DNA from: a virus
Lineage: Duplodnaviria; Heunggongvirae; Uroviricota; Caudoviricetes
DNA: 32,694 bases
Direction: 5' to 3' (one strand)
IMG/VR virus record: IMGVR_UViG_3300002756_000060
Location: 1 to 32,694 of that record
Made by a program: the position numbers and the translations under genes. Of this stretch, positions 1 to 11,311 are shown piece by piece. The notes under the pieces were generated by a model, which did not search any database, was not told the DNA's origin, and saw only the letters and a list, made by a program, of their open reading frames with translations. How positions within the stretch are numbered: position 1 is the stretch's first letter; every line of letters begins with the position of its first letter.

Positions 1-36
1 CCAGCCGACGCGCATCTGCGCGTCGAGGAACGCCCG

Positions 37-354
37 ATGTATGGCGGGCGGGACATTCGCGTCGGATCGGAGATTTTCCTCTGGTCGTCCGAGACGCAGG
101 GCGGCGTCGGCTTGTGGGGCAAGGGAACCGTCACGGCGGTTGACCCTGGCGGTGCAAAGCCGGTGGTCACCGTCCGCGTCGATCAGCGCGTCAATTCCGG
201 CAACTTCGGCCTCAACGAGATCGCGCCGCATCGGGACAGCACGCAGGACACACCAATCGTCGGCCTGGCCCGCAAGCTCTACAAGCATGCCCACAACAAG
301 ATTGCCGAACTGACGAACGCCGAAGCAGAATTGCTGCAACAGAATTTCGAGTAG
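37..354 (+). CDS. hypothetical protein (possibly 5'-partial; reading frame is open back to window start)
   Basis: 105-aa ORF; no in-frame stop between position 1 and the ATG at 37; no recognisable motif. Confidence 0.3.
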   Translation: MYGGRDIRVGSEIFLWSSETQGGVGLWGKGTVTAVDPGGAKPVVTVRVDQRVNSGNFGLNEIAPHRDSTQDTPIVGLARKLYKHAHNKIAELTNAEAELLQQNFE

Positions 355-400
355 TTGAGCCGGGCATCATTCATCCCACCCATTTTCGAGGTCAAACCGC

Positions 401-828
401 ATGAGCACACCCGAAATCAATCTCACGAACCTGAAACGAGCCATCGTCATGCGGCTCGACCGCGAGGCGAAGGAGCATTCCAAGGGCCACCAGAAGAGCT
501 ACGCGAACCGCTATTCGATGCGATCCTCCGACGGCGCGCTGGTCGAGCTGATGTTCGAGAAGGGCGACAAGTCCCCCGGCAACCTCTGGGTCAGACAGGA
601 CTTCGTGAGGGACCTTCTGGATGGCAGCATTCCGTTCACCCCTTCGCCCGCGTCAAAGCTGTACCAGACCGTCGGCAAGACGGGCGAGAAGCAATATGGG
701 CGGCACTCGGCGCTTGAGGAGATGATGCAACTCGGCAAGGCAGACCTTGTCTGTTTCGCGTTGCGCAACATGGCGGATCTGGACCGGGTTCTGGCAACGT
801 TGGCACAGGTCACGAGGCCAGTGCGCGC

Positions 829-832
<4 letters not shown>
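401..832 (+). CDS. hypothetical protein
   Basis: 143-aa ORF; its stop overlaps the hsdR start (ATGA at 829-832), suggesting translational coupling; no recognisable domain. Confidence 0.45.
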
Positions 833-3960
<3,128 letters not shown>

Positions 3961-4220
3961 TCGTGGCCACAAAAATATTGGTGGCAAAGGCCGAAAATCG
4001 GGCATTCGCTGTGGTTTTCACCGAGGTCTACTTTGCGGATAAAGTGAGCTTTCGCTGGGCACGCGCGAGTGTGCGCTTATCCTAAAATGACTTCGGAGAG
4101 ACTGGGTCGTTTGGAACCGTTCGCTCACTCGGCCTTGTCTGGCGGCCATGGCCCTTCGCCGACGATCATCCGCGCGGAAGACCATCATTGCCGTTTTTTG
4201 AGAATACTACATAATGCACA

Positions 4221-5219
4221 GTGGAGGTGACTTTTTTGGATTCTTACCTGCAGATCGCGCAGACAGTTCTGAGATCGGCCCGCCGCCCTATGGGGGCAAA
4301 GGCCATTCTCGACGTGGCCTATCAAGCGGGAGTGGTGCCCAAGCACTTATACGGAAAGACTCAGCAAAAAACCCTCCAGGCACGGTTGAGCGAGGAAATT
4401 CTTCATCATCGCGAGACATCCCCGTTCTACCGGACCAAGCCAGGGCAGTTTTTCCTGACCGAGTTTCTCGATGCCGATGATGTCCCGGTGGAGTGGAAGA
4501 CGCCCTTTCCCGCCCGTCGTCGGACGCGCGATCTGACGCGTGACAACACGCTGGCCGTGAGGGGGTCATTCCTTGACCGGTGGCGCCGGAGGACGGCGGA
4601 CGCGGACAGTTTCTTCCAAGCGGCGGAGGCCGAGGGTGCGATGGCCTATATGCATCCCAAAGAGATGAGTGCGCAAGGCTACTGCGCCACGTGGACCTTT
4701 GCAATGGTCGTTAAGGACGACTGCACCCTTGCCTATAGGGTTGGGCGCTACCGCGACGATCGCGACAACTACGCCATGCAGCGATCGATCGGCTTCCCCG
4801 GTCCACTTACAGTCGAAGACATGACGCTGTTTTCGCGCGACCGGCTCGGAGCCGAGGACAGCGCCGCGGACGTTCTGATCCAAGATTTGGACCTTTCCTA
4901 TGCGTCCTTCCATGGCCGCGAAAAGCACCTCCCGAAGATCGACCATGTCATGGTCGTGGACGAGGCAGAGTCGCTGAACGTTGTGATCGTGCTGTCGTGG
5001 CAGTGTCCCGAATGGTTCGAGCCGACGACGCGGCGCATGTCGCTCAACGACCCGCACTGGCTCTGCACTTCGATCCGGCATAACGATTTAAATGACTTCG
5101 AACCGTGGAGTTCTAGGATTCTGGCCGCGCGGGCCGCGGATAGGGAGCGCACGACAGTTGGCCACGAAACGGATCACGGAACAGCAAGCGGCCTTTCTCG
5201 TGTCAGAGTTGACGAGTAG
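4221..5219 (+). CDS. HARE-HTH-like DNA-binding domain protein (N-terminal winged-helix; C-terminal ~230 aa of unknown function)
   Basis: N-terminus DSYLQIAQTVLRSARRPMGAKAILDVAYQAGVV...TLQARLSEEILHHRETSPFYRTKPGQFFLTEFL fits the HARE-HTH pattern; GGAGG at 4223-4227 upstream of alternative TTG at 4236, so the exact start (GTG 4221 / TTG 4236) is uncertain. Confidence 0.6.
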   Translation: MEVTFLDSYLQIAQTVLRSARRPMGAKAILDVAYQAGVVPKHLYGKTQQKTLQARLSEEILHHRETSPFYRTKPGQFFLTEFLDADDVPVEWKTPFPARRRTRDLTRDNTLAVRGSFLDRWRRRTADADSFFQAAEAEGAMAYMHPKEMSAQGYCATWTFAMVVKDDCTLAYRVGRYRDDRDNYAMQRSIGFPGPLTVEDMTLFSRDRLGAEDSAADVLIQDLDLSYASFHGREKHLPKIDHVMVVDEAESLNVVIVLSWQCPEWFEPTTRRMSLNDPHWLCTSIRHNDLNDFEPWSSRILAARAADRERTTVGHETDHGTASGLSRVRVDE

Positions 5220-6840
5220 GGAAGATTCTCGCCGTCAGAAGGTCGCTCTCCAAAATCTTAGCCGCCTTTATCGAACCGGCCATCGGTTCGCCCCGGAGAC
5301 TGCGCCGCGCGTTGAGCAGCAGATCGTAGGGCTGACCAACATGAGCCGCGACGAAAAGGTCGTGCGGTGGGGACTGAACACCCTTGCGCAACTTGGCACC
5401 AAGGACAGCGCCGAGAGCGTCGAGTTGGCAATCAAGCGCCACGAAACCAAGCCCGAGATCGTGGCGGCAGGCATCTCGGCCCTAGCCCGCCTGCGCGCGG
5501 GCCAACTGTCCGGCATTGCGGCTTTACGTAGCGTCCCGCCGGAGGTTCAGATGCTCGCGGCTATGCAAACCGTAGATCCCAAGCGGTTAGCCGTCGACGG
5601 GCTCCAAATCGACCTCGATGTGGCCGATCCAGAGATATTGAAGCTGGCTCTGATCGTCGTCGGGCTCGATCGGGATGTGCAGCATCTACTCCATCCCAAG
5701 CACGAAAACGGCGTCATTGTGCGGGAACTCGGGCAACACGACGATCCCATCGTGCGCCAATACGCAGTTTGGGCCGTGATCGAAAATCGTCGACTGTCGA
5801 TCGCCCATCTCGGCATCGATATCAATCGCATCGAAGATCAGCCAGCGAACGTGCAGTCGAAGCTACTGCAACTTGTCTCGTCCTCTCTGCCCGACCTCAA
5901 TCAACGGCATGAAGCAATCTTGCGGGGAGCCGATCTTCCTACAGTCGACGCGCGTGAGGGTCTCGCCAAAGGTCTTCTGCACGCACACTATGACGGCCTT
6001 GCAGAGATAACGCTGGACTGGTTCGATATTGAAGGAAGCGGCCGCGTGAAGTTGCATCTAGCAGAACATTTCGCGCGTTTCGCTGACGACCAGCCAAGTT
6101 ATCGCGTCAAGGCCTTGGAACTCGTCGAGAGCGGCGGCAACCTGCGCGAGCGGGTCCTGCTGGGTGCGGAAGGGACAGCCTTCTTCAGCGACATCAGGAA
6201 AGCGGAAGGGCAAGCATCACTGGGACTCTTTGGTCTCGGGGGAGACGAACAAATGGCACGACTGGAGAAGGCGGTTCGCATCATGAATAGGGAAACTGTG
6301 CTGGTGCTCAATGCGACACCCGACGACTTAGGGCGCATTCGGGCAGACAAGGAGGGCGCGTTGCTTGAGCGCCAATTGGAGACCGTTAAGAACCGGGAGC
6401 GCGATCTTCTCGTCGTTCAAAAGTTCGCGGTCCGCCTGCAGGACATCCAAAAGGAGCTCCTTAACCATCGGCCGAAGATCCTGCACTTCAGCGGGCATGG
6501 TGGCGTCGGCGTGCTGTGTTTTGAGAAGGACGACGGGACAGAGGCCTTGATCGCCGGAGACGTTCTTGCTGAGATTCTGGACGTCTATGGAGAGCTTGAG
6601 TGCCTAGTTCTCCACGCTTGCTACACAGAAAGTGTTGCGCGGGCCTGTGCGAAACACGTTGGCGTCGTAATTGGCTCGACAGATGCTATCGACGACGAAA
6701 CCGCTCCGAAGTTCACCTACGCATTCTATCAGGCCTTGGCGAACGGCCGTCCCTACGAGAACGCATTCAGGGCTGGACAGGTCGAAGTCAGAACCGCTAG
6801 CGAGGTGGCCGCAGCCTGCTACAAGCTGTTCACCCGCTAA
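5092..6840 (+). CDS. HEAT-like repeat protein with C-terminal CHAT (caspase-like) protease domain
   Basis: C-terminus ILHFSGHGG...ECLVLHACYTESVARACAKHVGVVIGSTDAIDDETAPKFTYAFYQALANGRPYENAFRAGQ matches the CHAT His/Cys dyad and FY..L..G tail; N-terminal helical repeats (VVRWGLNTLAQLG, IVRQYAVWAVIEN). Start uncertain: ATG 5092 overlaps the upstream gene by 128 nt; GTG 5200, TTG 5209 and ATG 5341 are alternatives. Confidence 0.7.
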   Translation: MTSNRGVLGFWPRGPRIGSARQLATKRITEQQAAFLVSELTSREDSRRQKVALQNLSRLYRTGHRFAPETAPRVEQQIVGLTNMSRDEKVVRWGLNTLAQLGTKDSAESVELAIKRHETKPEIVAAGISALARLRAGQLSGIAALRSVPPEVQMLAAMQTVDPKRLAVDGLQIDLDVADPEILKLALIVVGLDRDVQHLLHPKHENGVIVRELGQHDDPIVRQYAVWAVIENRRLSIAHLGIDINRIEDQPANVQSKLLQLVSSSLPDLNQRHEAILRGADLPTVDAREGLAKGLLHAHYDGLAEITLDWFDIEGSGRVKLHLAEHFARFADDQPSYRVKALELVESGGNLRERVLLGAEGTAFFSDIRKAEGQASLGLFGLGGDEQMARLEKAVRIMNRETVLVLNATPDDLGRIRADKEGALLERQLETVKNRERDLLVVQKFAVRLQDIQKELLNHRPKILHFSGHGGVGVLCFEKDDGTEALIAGDVLAEILDVYGELECLVLHACYTESVARACAKHVGVVIGSTDAIDDETAPKFTYAFYQALANGRPYENAFRAGQVEVRTASEVAAACYKLFTR

Positions 6841-7136
6841 AAGACTCAGGCTTGTCGATTTCTTCCACTCTGATTTGAGCTGACATGACAGCCGCGTTAT
6901 ATACTTCGCCCGTTCCTAACGACTCATTCTGCTTTTCAGAACGTGGCGGGAAGTAGGTCCAGATCGGATCGAAACGCCAACTTGGAAACCCGAGTTTCCT
7001 TGAACCAAACCTTCGCAGCGCATTCCTTGAAGGTCCCCTTGGGCCGAGAGTGCACCCTCCCATTGGTTCCTCCCTGGCCCCGAACGTATACGGGGGGGCG
7101 CAGCGCGGCAGTTTTCCAGCGTCTGGCCTTTTCACC

Positions 7137-7325
7137 GGGGAATCCAGGCGGAATCCACCTGCCGAGTCATCCTGGAAAAAGCGACTCATTATCAAGGACT
7201 TGCCGAATCACGACCTGGCCAGGGTGGATTCTTTTACCGAATCCAGGGAATCCAGTTCGCGGAAGCCACAGCGCCGGAAGCCAGCCAGCGGAAGCCACCT
7301 GATGGGAAGCCATTGAATCCAGGTG
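7137..7325. repeat. Array of at least 10 short GGAA(T/G)CCA motifs in both orientations
   Basis: ggggaatccagg, cggaatccacc, gggtggattc (inverted), ccgaatccaggg, gggaatccag, cggaagccaca, ccggaagccagcc, gcggaagccacc, gggaagccattg, tgaatccaggtg. Confidence 0.6.
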
Positions 7326-7335
7326 CATTTTTCGT

Positions 7336-7419
7336 TTGACAAAGCTGCCCCCCTTGACTCATACCTTGATAATCGAAGAATGGCGCCCGGAGGAAACTCT
7401 CGCGGGCGTTTTTGTTTTT
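7336..7419 (+). promoter_or_regulatory. Promoter-like TTGACA/TTGACT/GATAAT elements followed by a GC stem (CGCCCG 7384-7389 / CGGGCG 7403-7408) and T-run tttttgttttt; candidate leader attenuator or terminator
   Basis: TTGACA at 7336-7341, TTGACT at 7354-7359, GATAAT at 7368-7373; hairpin plus U-tract; the same arrangement is conserved at 22422-22510. Confidence 0.4.
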
Positions 7420-7505
7420 CCAACATCGCGGACCCTGATGCTGTCGCCGACCGGTGCGGTCGCGCTCTCGCGTCTGTCCGCGTCTCACCACAGCAGAGAG
7501 ACCCC

Positions 7506-8768
7506 ATGGACCTTGTCTTCGCGCCAAGCGAGATCGAGGCGTGGCCGATCGAGCGGCTGCGCCCCTATGCCCGCAATGCCAAGATGCATGGTGAGGACCA
7601 GGTGGCCAAGATCGCCGCCAGCATGGCGAAGTTCGGCTGGACGGTGCCCTGCATGGTGTCCGACGATGGCGAGTTGATTGCCGGGCATGGCCGGGTACTG
7701 GCGGCCGCAATGCTGGGGCTGAAGGATGTGCCGGTGATCCGGCTGGCGCATCTGGACGAGGCCGAGCGGCGGGCCTACCGGATCGCCGACAACAAGCTCA
7801 CGGAACTCGGCGATTGGGACGAGACCGTGCTGCGCGACGAGATCGCGGGGCTGCTGGCCGAGGATTTCGACCTGTCGCTGCTGGGGATCGGCGACGATGA
7901 TCTGGATGCGCTGCTGCGCGACCCCGAAGCGCAGGACGGCGACGGCCCGATCGAGGGCGAGGACGACGTTCCGGAACCGCCGGTCACGCCGGTCTCGGTG
8001 GCGGGCGATCTCTGGCAGCTTGGCGCGCATCGACTGATCTGCGGCGACAGCACTGCGGCGGACGTGGTCGGGCGCCTGCTGGGCGATGTGCGCCCCCTGC
8101 TGATGGTGACCGATCCGCCCTATGGCGTGGAATACGATCCGTCCTGGCGAAACCAGGCGGGCGCCGCCAAGACCAAACGCACCGGCAAGGTGCTCAACGA
8201 TGACCGCGCCGACTGGCGCGAGGCCTGGGCGCTGTTTCCGGGCGACGTCGCCTATGTCTGGCACGGTGCGCTGCATGCCGCCGAGGTGGCGGAGTCGCTG
8301 ATCGTCTCGGGTTTTGCCATCCGCTCGCAGATCATCTGGGCCAAGGACCGGCTGGTGCTCAGCCGAGGCGATTACCACTGGCAGCATGAACCGTGCTGGT
8401 ATGCGGTGCGTACCAAGGGCAAGGGCCACTGGGCCGGCGATCGCAAGCAGACGACGCTGTGGCAAATCGCAAACAAGGATCAGGATGTGGCCACCGTCCA
8501 CGGCACGCAAAAGCCCGTCGAGTGCATGCGCCGCCCGATCCTCAACAACTCGAACGCCGGTCAGGCGGTCTATGAGCCCTTCATGGGATCGGGCACGACG
8601 CTGATCGCGGCGGAAACCACCGAACGGATCTGCTACGGGGTCGAGCTCAACCCGGCCTATGTCGATGTCGCCGTCAAGCGCTGGCAGTCCTTCACCGGCG
8701 CGGAAGCGGTGCTGGCGGACACCGGCGAGAGCTTTGCCAGCCTCAAGGCCAAACGGATGGCTGCATGA
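7506..8768 (+). CDS. ParB-like nuclease domain fused to DNA methyltransferase (beta-class, motif IV DPPY; N6-adenine type predicted)
   Basis: N-terminal ParB-type motif (RPYARNAKMHG...IAGHGRVLAA...YRIADNKLTELG); motif IV LMVTDPPYG; motif I YEPFMGSGTTLIAAE. The ORF is open from 7323 but the start is called at ATG 7506 by alignment with the paralog at 22593. Confidence 0.85.
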   Translation: MDLVFAPSEIEAWPIERLRPYARNAKMHGEDQVAKIAASMAKFGWTVPCMVSDDGELIAGHGRVLAAAMLGLKDVPVIRLAHLDEAERRAYRIADNKLTELGDWDETVLRDEIAGLLAEDFDLSLLGIGDDDLDALLRDPEAQDGDGPIEGEDDVPEPPVTPVSVAGDLWQLGAHRLICGDSTAADVVGRLLGDVRPLLMVTDPPYGVEYDPSWRNQAGAAKTKRTGKVLNDDRADWREAWALFPGDVAYVWHGALHAAEVAESLIVSGFAIRSQIIWAKDRLVLSRGDYHWQHEPCWYAVRTKGKGHWAGDRKQTTLWQIANKDQDVATVHGTQKPVECMRRPILNNSNAGQAVYEPFMGSGTTLIAAETTERICYGVELNPAYVDVAVKRWQSFTGAEAVLADTGESFASLKAKRMAA

Positions 8769-10132
8769 GCATGCATTTGCGTCCCAGCCAGATCGAGTTC
8801 TGGCCGCTGGACCGCCTCAAGCCCTATGCCCGCAACGCCAAGACCCATGACGCCGATCAGGTGGCGCGGATCGCCGCCAGCATGGCCGAGTTCGGCTGGA
8901 CCGTGCCCTGCCTGGTTGGCGACGATGGCGACCTGATCGCGGGCCATGGTCGCGTTCTTGCCGCCGCGCAGCTGGGCCTGGCGGAGGCACCCGTCATCGT
9001 GCTGGGCCATCTGACCGAGGCGCAGCGCCGGGCCTATCGCATCGCCGACAACAAGCTGACCGAGTTGGGCGGCTGGGACGAGGGCCTGCTGCTGGAGGAA
9101 CTGCGGGGGCTTATGGCCGCCGAGTTCGACCTCGGGCTGATCGGCATCCCCGAGGACGAGCTGGATGCCCTGCTGCGCGACGCCGATGACGACAGTGTGC
9201 CCATCGACGACGACACAGCCGATACCATCCCGGAGCCCCCGGCCGAGCCGATCACCCGGCCCGGCGATATCTGGGCGCTGGGCGCGCACCGGCTGATCTG
9301 CGGCGATGCCACCGACGCGGATGTCGTGGCCAGGCTTATGGAGGGCGCGCAGTCGTCGCTGATGTTCACCTCGCCGCCCTACGCCCAGCAGCGCGACTAT
9401 GGCGCGGCCAGGGAGACGGTGGGCGACTGGGACGCGCTGATGCAGGGCGTCTTCGCGGCGGCACCGGTCACCGACGCGGCCCAACTGCTGGTCAATCTCG
9501 GCCTCGTGCATCGCGACGGTGAGTGGCTCCCCTATTGGGAGCGCTGGGTCGAGTGGATGCGCAGCTCTGGCTGGCGGCGCTTCGGCTGGTATGTCTGGGA
9601 TCAGGGGCCGGGCCTGCCCGGCGACTGGAATGGCCGCCTCGCGCCCTCGCACGAGTTCATCTTCCACTTCAACCGCCAACCCCGGAAGCCCAACAAGACG
9701 GTGCCGTCCAAGCACGCGGGCGAAACCTTGGGCGGCGGTGGGCTGCGCGGGGTCAACGGCACCGTCCACGCCAAGCGAGGGGCCGGCAACGCGATCCAGA
9801 GCCATCGCATCCCGGACTCGGTGTTTCGTATCATGCGCCACAAGGGCGGGCTGGGTGCTGCCGGATCGCATCCGGCCGTGTTCCCGGTGGCGCTGGTCGA
9901 GGCCGTGCTGACCGCGTTCAGCGATCCAGGCGACCTGATCTACGAGCCGTTCTGTGGCTCCGGCACGCAGATCGTTGCCGCCGAACGCGCTGGGCGGCGC
10001 TGCTTCGCGATGGAGCTGGATCCGGTCTATTGCGACGTCGCCATGCGGCGATGGGAACTGGCGACGGGGCGGACGGCGCAGTTGGAAAATCGCAACGAGA
10101 CCACCATTGGCAAGGAGACAAAACAGCAATGA
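8765..10132 (+). CDS. ParB-like nuclease domain fused to DNA methyltransferase (beta-class, motif IV SPPY; N4-cytosine type predicted)
   Basis: ParB-type N-terminus (KPYARNAKTHDADQVARIAASMAEFGW...); motif IV LMFTSPPYAQQRDYG; motif I YEPFCGSGTQIVAAE; ATGA overlap with the upstream gene at 8765-8768. Confidence 0.85.
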   Translation: MSMHLRPSQIEFWPLDRLKPYARNAKTHDADQVARIAASMAEFGWTVPCLVGDDGDLIAGHGRVLAAAQLGLAEAPVIVLGHLTEAQRRAYRIADNKLTELGGWDEGLLLEELRGLMAAEFDLGLIGIPEDELDALLRDADDDSVPIDDDTADTIPEPPAEPITRPGDIWALGAHRLICGDATDADVVARLMEGAQSSLMFTSPPYAQQRDYGAARETVGDWDALMQGVFAAAPVTDAAQLLVNLGLVHRDGEWLPYWERWVEWMRSSGWRRFGWYVWDQGPGLPGDWNGRLAPSHEFIFHFNRQPRKPNKTVPSKHAGETLGGGGLRGVNGTVHAKRGAGNAIQSHRIPDSVFRIMRHKGGLGAAGSHPAVFPVALVEAVLTAFSDPGDLIYEPFCGSGTQIVAAERAGRRCFAMELDPVYCDVAMRRWELATGRTAQLENRNETTIGKETKQQ

Positions 10133-10638
10133 TCATCGACACCCCGATCTGGCGAAACGCCGACCTCATTCGGATCATTCCGATCACACGCGCGGACCTG
10201 AACCAGGCCATATCCCGAAACGACTTTCAGCCTGAAAACACACCCAAGCCCGGAAAGGCGCGCTGGTACAGCTGGAGAGACGTGGTGTCGGTTGCTGCCG
10301 CACAGGACTTGCGCAAACTTGGCTTTGGTCCGTCCATCGCATTTAGGCTGGTGCAAAACCACCTGTCACCGTTTCTGCGGGGTAGCATAGACGCCCCGGA
10401 CGATTGCGCAGGAGTGCTTTGGCTTATCCGTCCAAGTGACGACCATCTCAACATTGAGACCCCGTGTGAGTTCCTGCGCCACACCGAATACGAGGCACTC
10501 CTTGTCACGCCAGACGAGAGCGCCTGCATCATCGTGAATATCGGTCGCATTGCAGCACGCGTTCGCGATGACCTGCAGGCGACCGAGACCGCCAAGGTCA
10601 TCCGTGAGGAATTTCAGATCACGGGACCGGTGATGTGA
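10129..10638 (+). CDS. hypothetical protein (169 aa)
   Basis: ATG 10129 overlaps the upstream stop (ATGA); AAGGAGA Shine-Dalgarno at 10112-10118; conserved paralog at 25216-25725. Confidence 0.6.
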   Translation: MIIDTPIWRNADLIRIIPITRADLNQAISRNDFQPENTPKPGKARWYSWRDVVSVAAAQDLRKLGFGPSIAFRLVQNHLSPFLRGSIDAPDDCAGVLWLIRPSDDHLNIETPCEFLRHTEYEALLVTPDESACIIVNIGRIAARVRDDLQATETAKVIREEFQITGPVM

Positions 10639-10844
10639 CCCAATCGCGCGGCATGTCGCTGATCGAGGCCATCACCAATGTCGCGGTGGGCTATGCGCTG
10701 GCCGTCGCCGCGCAGATCGCGGTTTTCCCGTGGTTCGGCCTGCATGCGAGCATTGGCGAGAACCTCACCATCGGCGCCCTGTTCACCGGCATCTCGCTGC
10801 TGCGCAGCTACGCGCTGCGCAGGCTGTTCGAACGCTGGTGGTAA
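10635..10844 (+). CDS. small hydrophobic (probable membrane) protein, 69 aa
   Basis: GTG start overlapping the upstream stop (GTGA); two hydrophobic stretches (VAVGYALAVAAQIAVFPWFG, LTIGALFTGISLL); conserved paralog at 25722-25937. Confidence 0.5.
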   Translation: MTQSRGMSLIEAITNVAVGYALAVAAQIAVFPWFGLHASIGENLTIGALFTGISLLRSYALRRLFERWW

Positions 10845-10853
10845 CGCGCGGGA

Positions 10854-11309
10854 TCAAGCCGTGTCGAGCTTGTACACGGTGCCACGCCCGTCAACTTTCT
10901 CGGCAGTGACGGGCAGGCCCAGCTTCTTCTTGAGCCCGCCCGAGATCAGGCCACGTGCACTATGCGGCTGCCACGAGGTCGCCTCGACAATCTCGGCGAT
11001 GGATGCGCCCTCGGGCCGCTGAATGAGCGCGATGATCTGCGCCTGCTTCGTGCCCGAGCGGATGGCGACGGGTTTTGCGGTGTCCGCAGCTTCGGGCGTC
11101 GGTGCGACATCGGGCTTGGGCTTTCCCTTCCGCGCGCTGGCGACAGCGCTGACCACCACCGGCTCGATCCCGATGGCCTCCAGCCCGGCCTCGGTGGCGA
11201 TCAGCGTGGTGCCATGACCGTCACCGGTCTCGCGCCAGAGCGGCTCGCCGCGGCGGCTGTCGGCATCGACCTCCTCGATCCAGCCATTGGTGATCATGCG
11301 AGTGAACAC
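10854..11309 (-). CDS. DUF3489-like protein, probably a 5'-truncated copy
   Basis: Aligns with the C-terminal ~150 aa of the 193-aa paralog at 26938-27519 (WRETGDGHGTTLIATEAGL...SIAEIVEATSW...GRGTVYKL); start abuts a divergent gene at 11312 with no promoter space. Confidence 0.5.
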   Translation of the reverse strand: MFTRMITNGWIEEVDADSRRGEPLWRETGDGHGTTLIATEAGLEAIGIEPVVVSAVASARKGKPKPDVAPTPEAADTAKPVAIRSGTKQAQIIALIQRPEGASIAEIVEATSWQPHSARGLISGGLKKKLGLPVTAEKVDGRGTVYKLDTA

Positions 11310-11311
11310 CG

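Larger units (their letters stand above)
3961..7136. other. Lower-GC islet containing the HARE-HTH/CHAT gene pair, bounded by hsdR and the first phage-type module
   Basis: Visibly AT-richer intergenic stretches (3961-4220, 6841-7050) and AT-richer codon usage than the flanking genes. Confidence 0.5.
7045..10850 (+). repeat. Segmental direct repeat, copy A
   Basis: Nucleotide and protein similarity to 22125-25937 across the repeat array, leader and four genes. Confidence 0.8.

Noticed and set aside
3961-4220. Possible tRNA or attachment site in the AT-richer gaps (3961-4220, 6841-7050)
   Set aside because: No cloverleaf-compatible sequence or T-loop-like GGTTCGAATCC motif was found by eye; a tRNA scan would be needed to be certain
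7323-7505. N-terminal extension of the first ParB-MTase ORF through the intergenic leader (also 22236-22592 in copy B)
   Set aside because: The two copies differ by frame-shifting indels here while conserving a hairpin, so the region is non-coding; the conserved protein starts at MDLVFAPS in both copies
7485-10129. Long minus-strand ORFs (7485-8510, 8657-10129) antisense to the ParB-methyltransferases, and the equivalents in copy B (23064-23777, 23744-24376)
   Set aside because: The plus-strand proteins have clear ParB and methyltransferase motifs; the antisense ORFs are GC-rich frame artefacts
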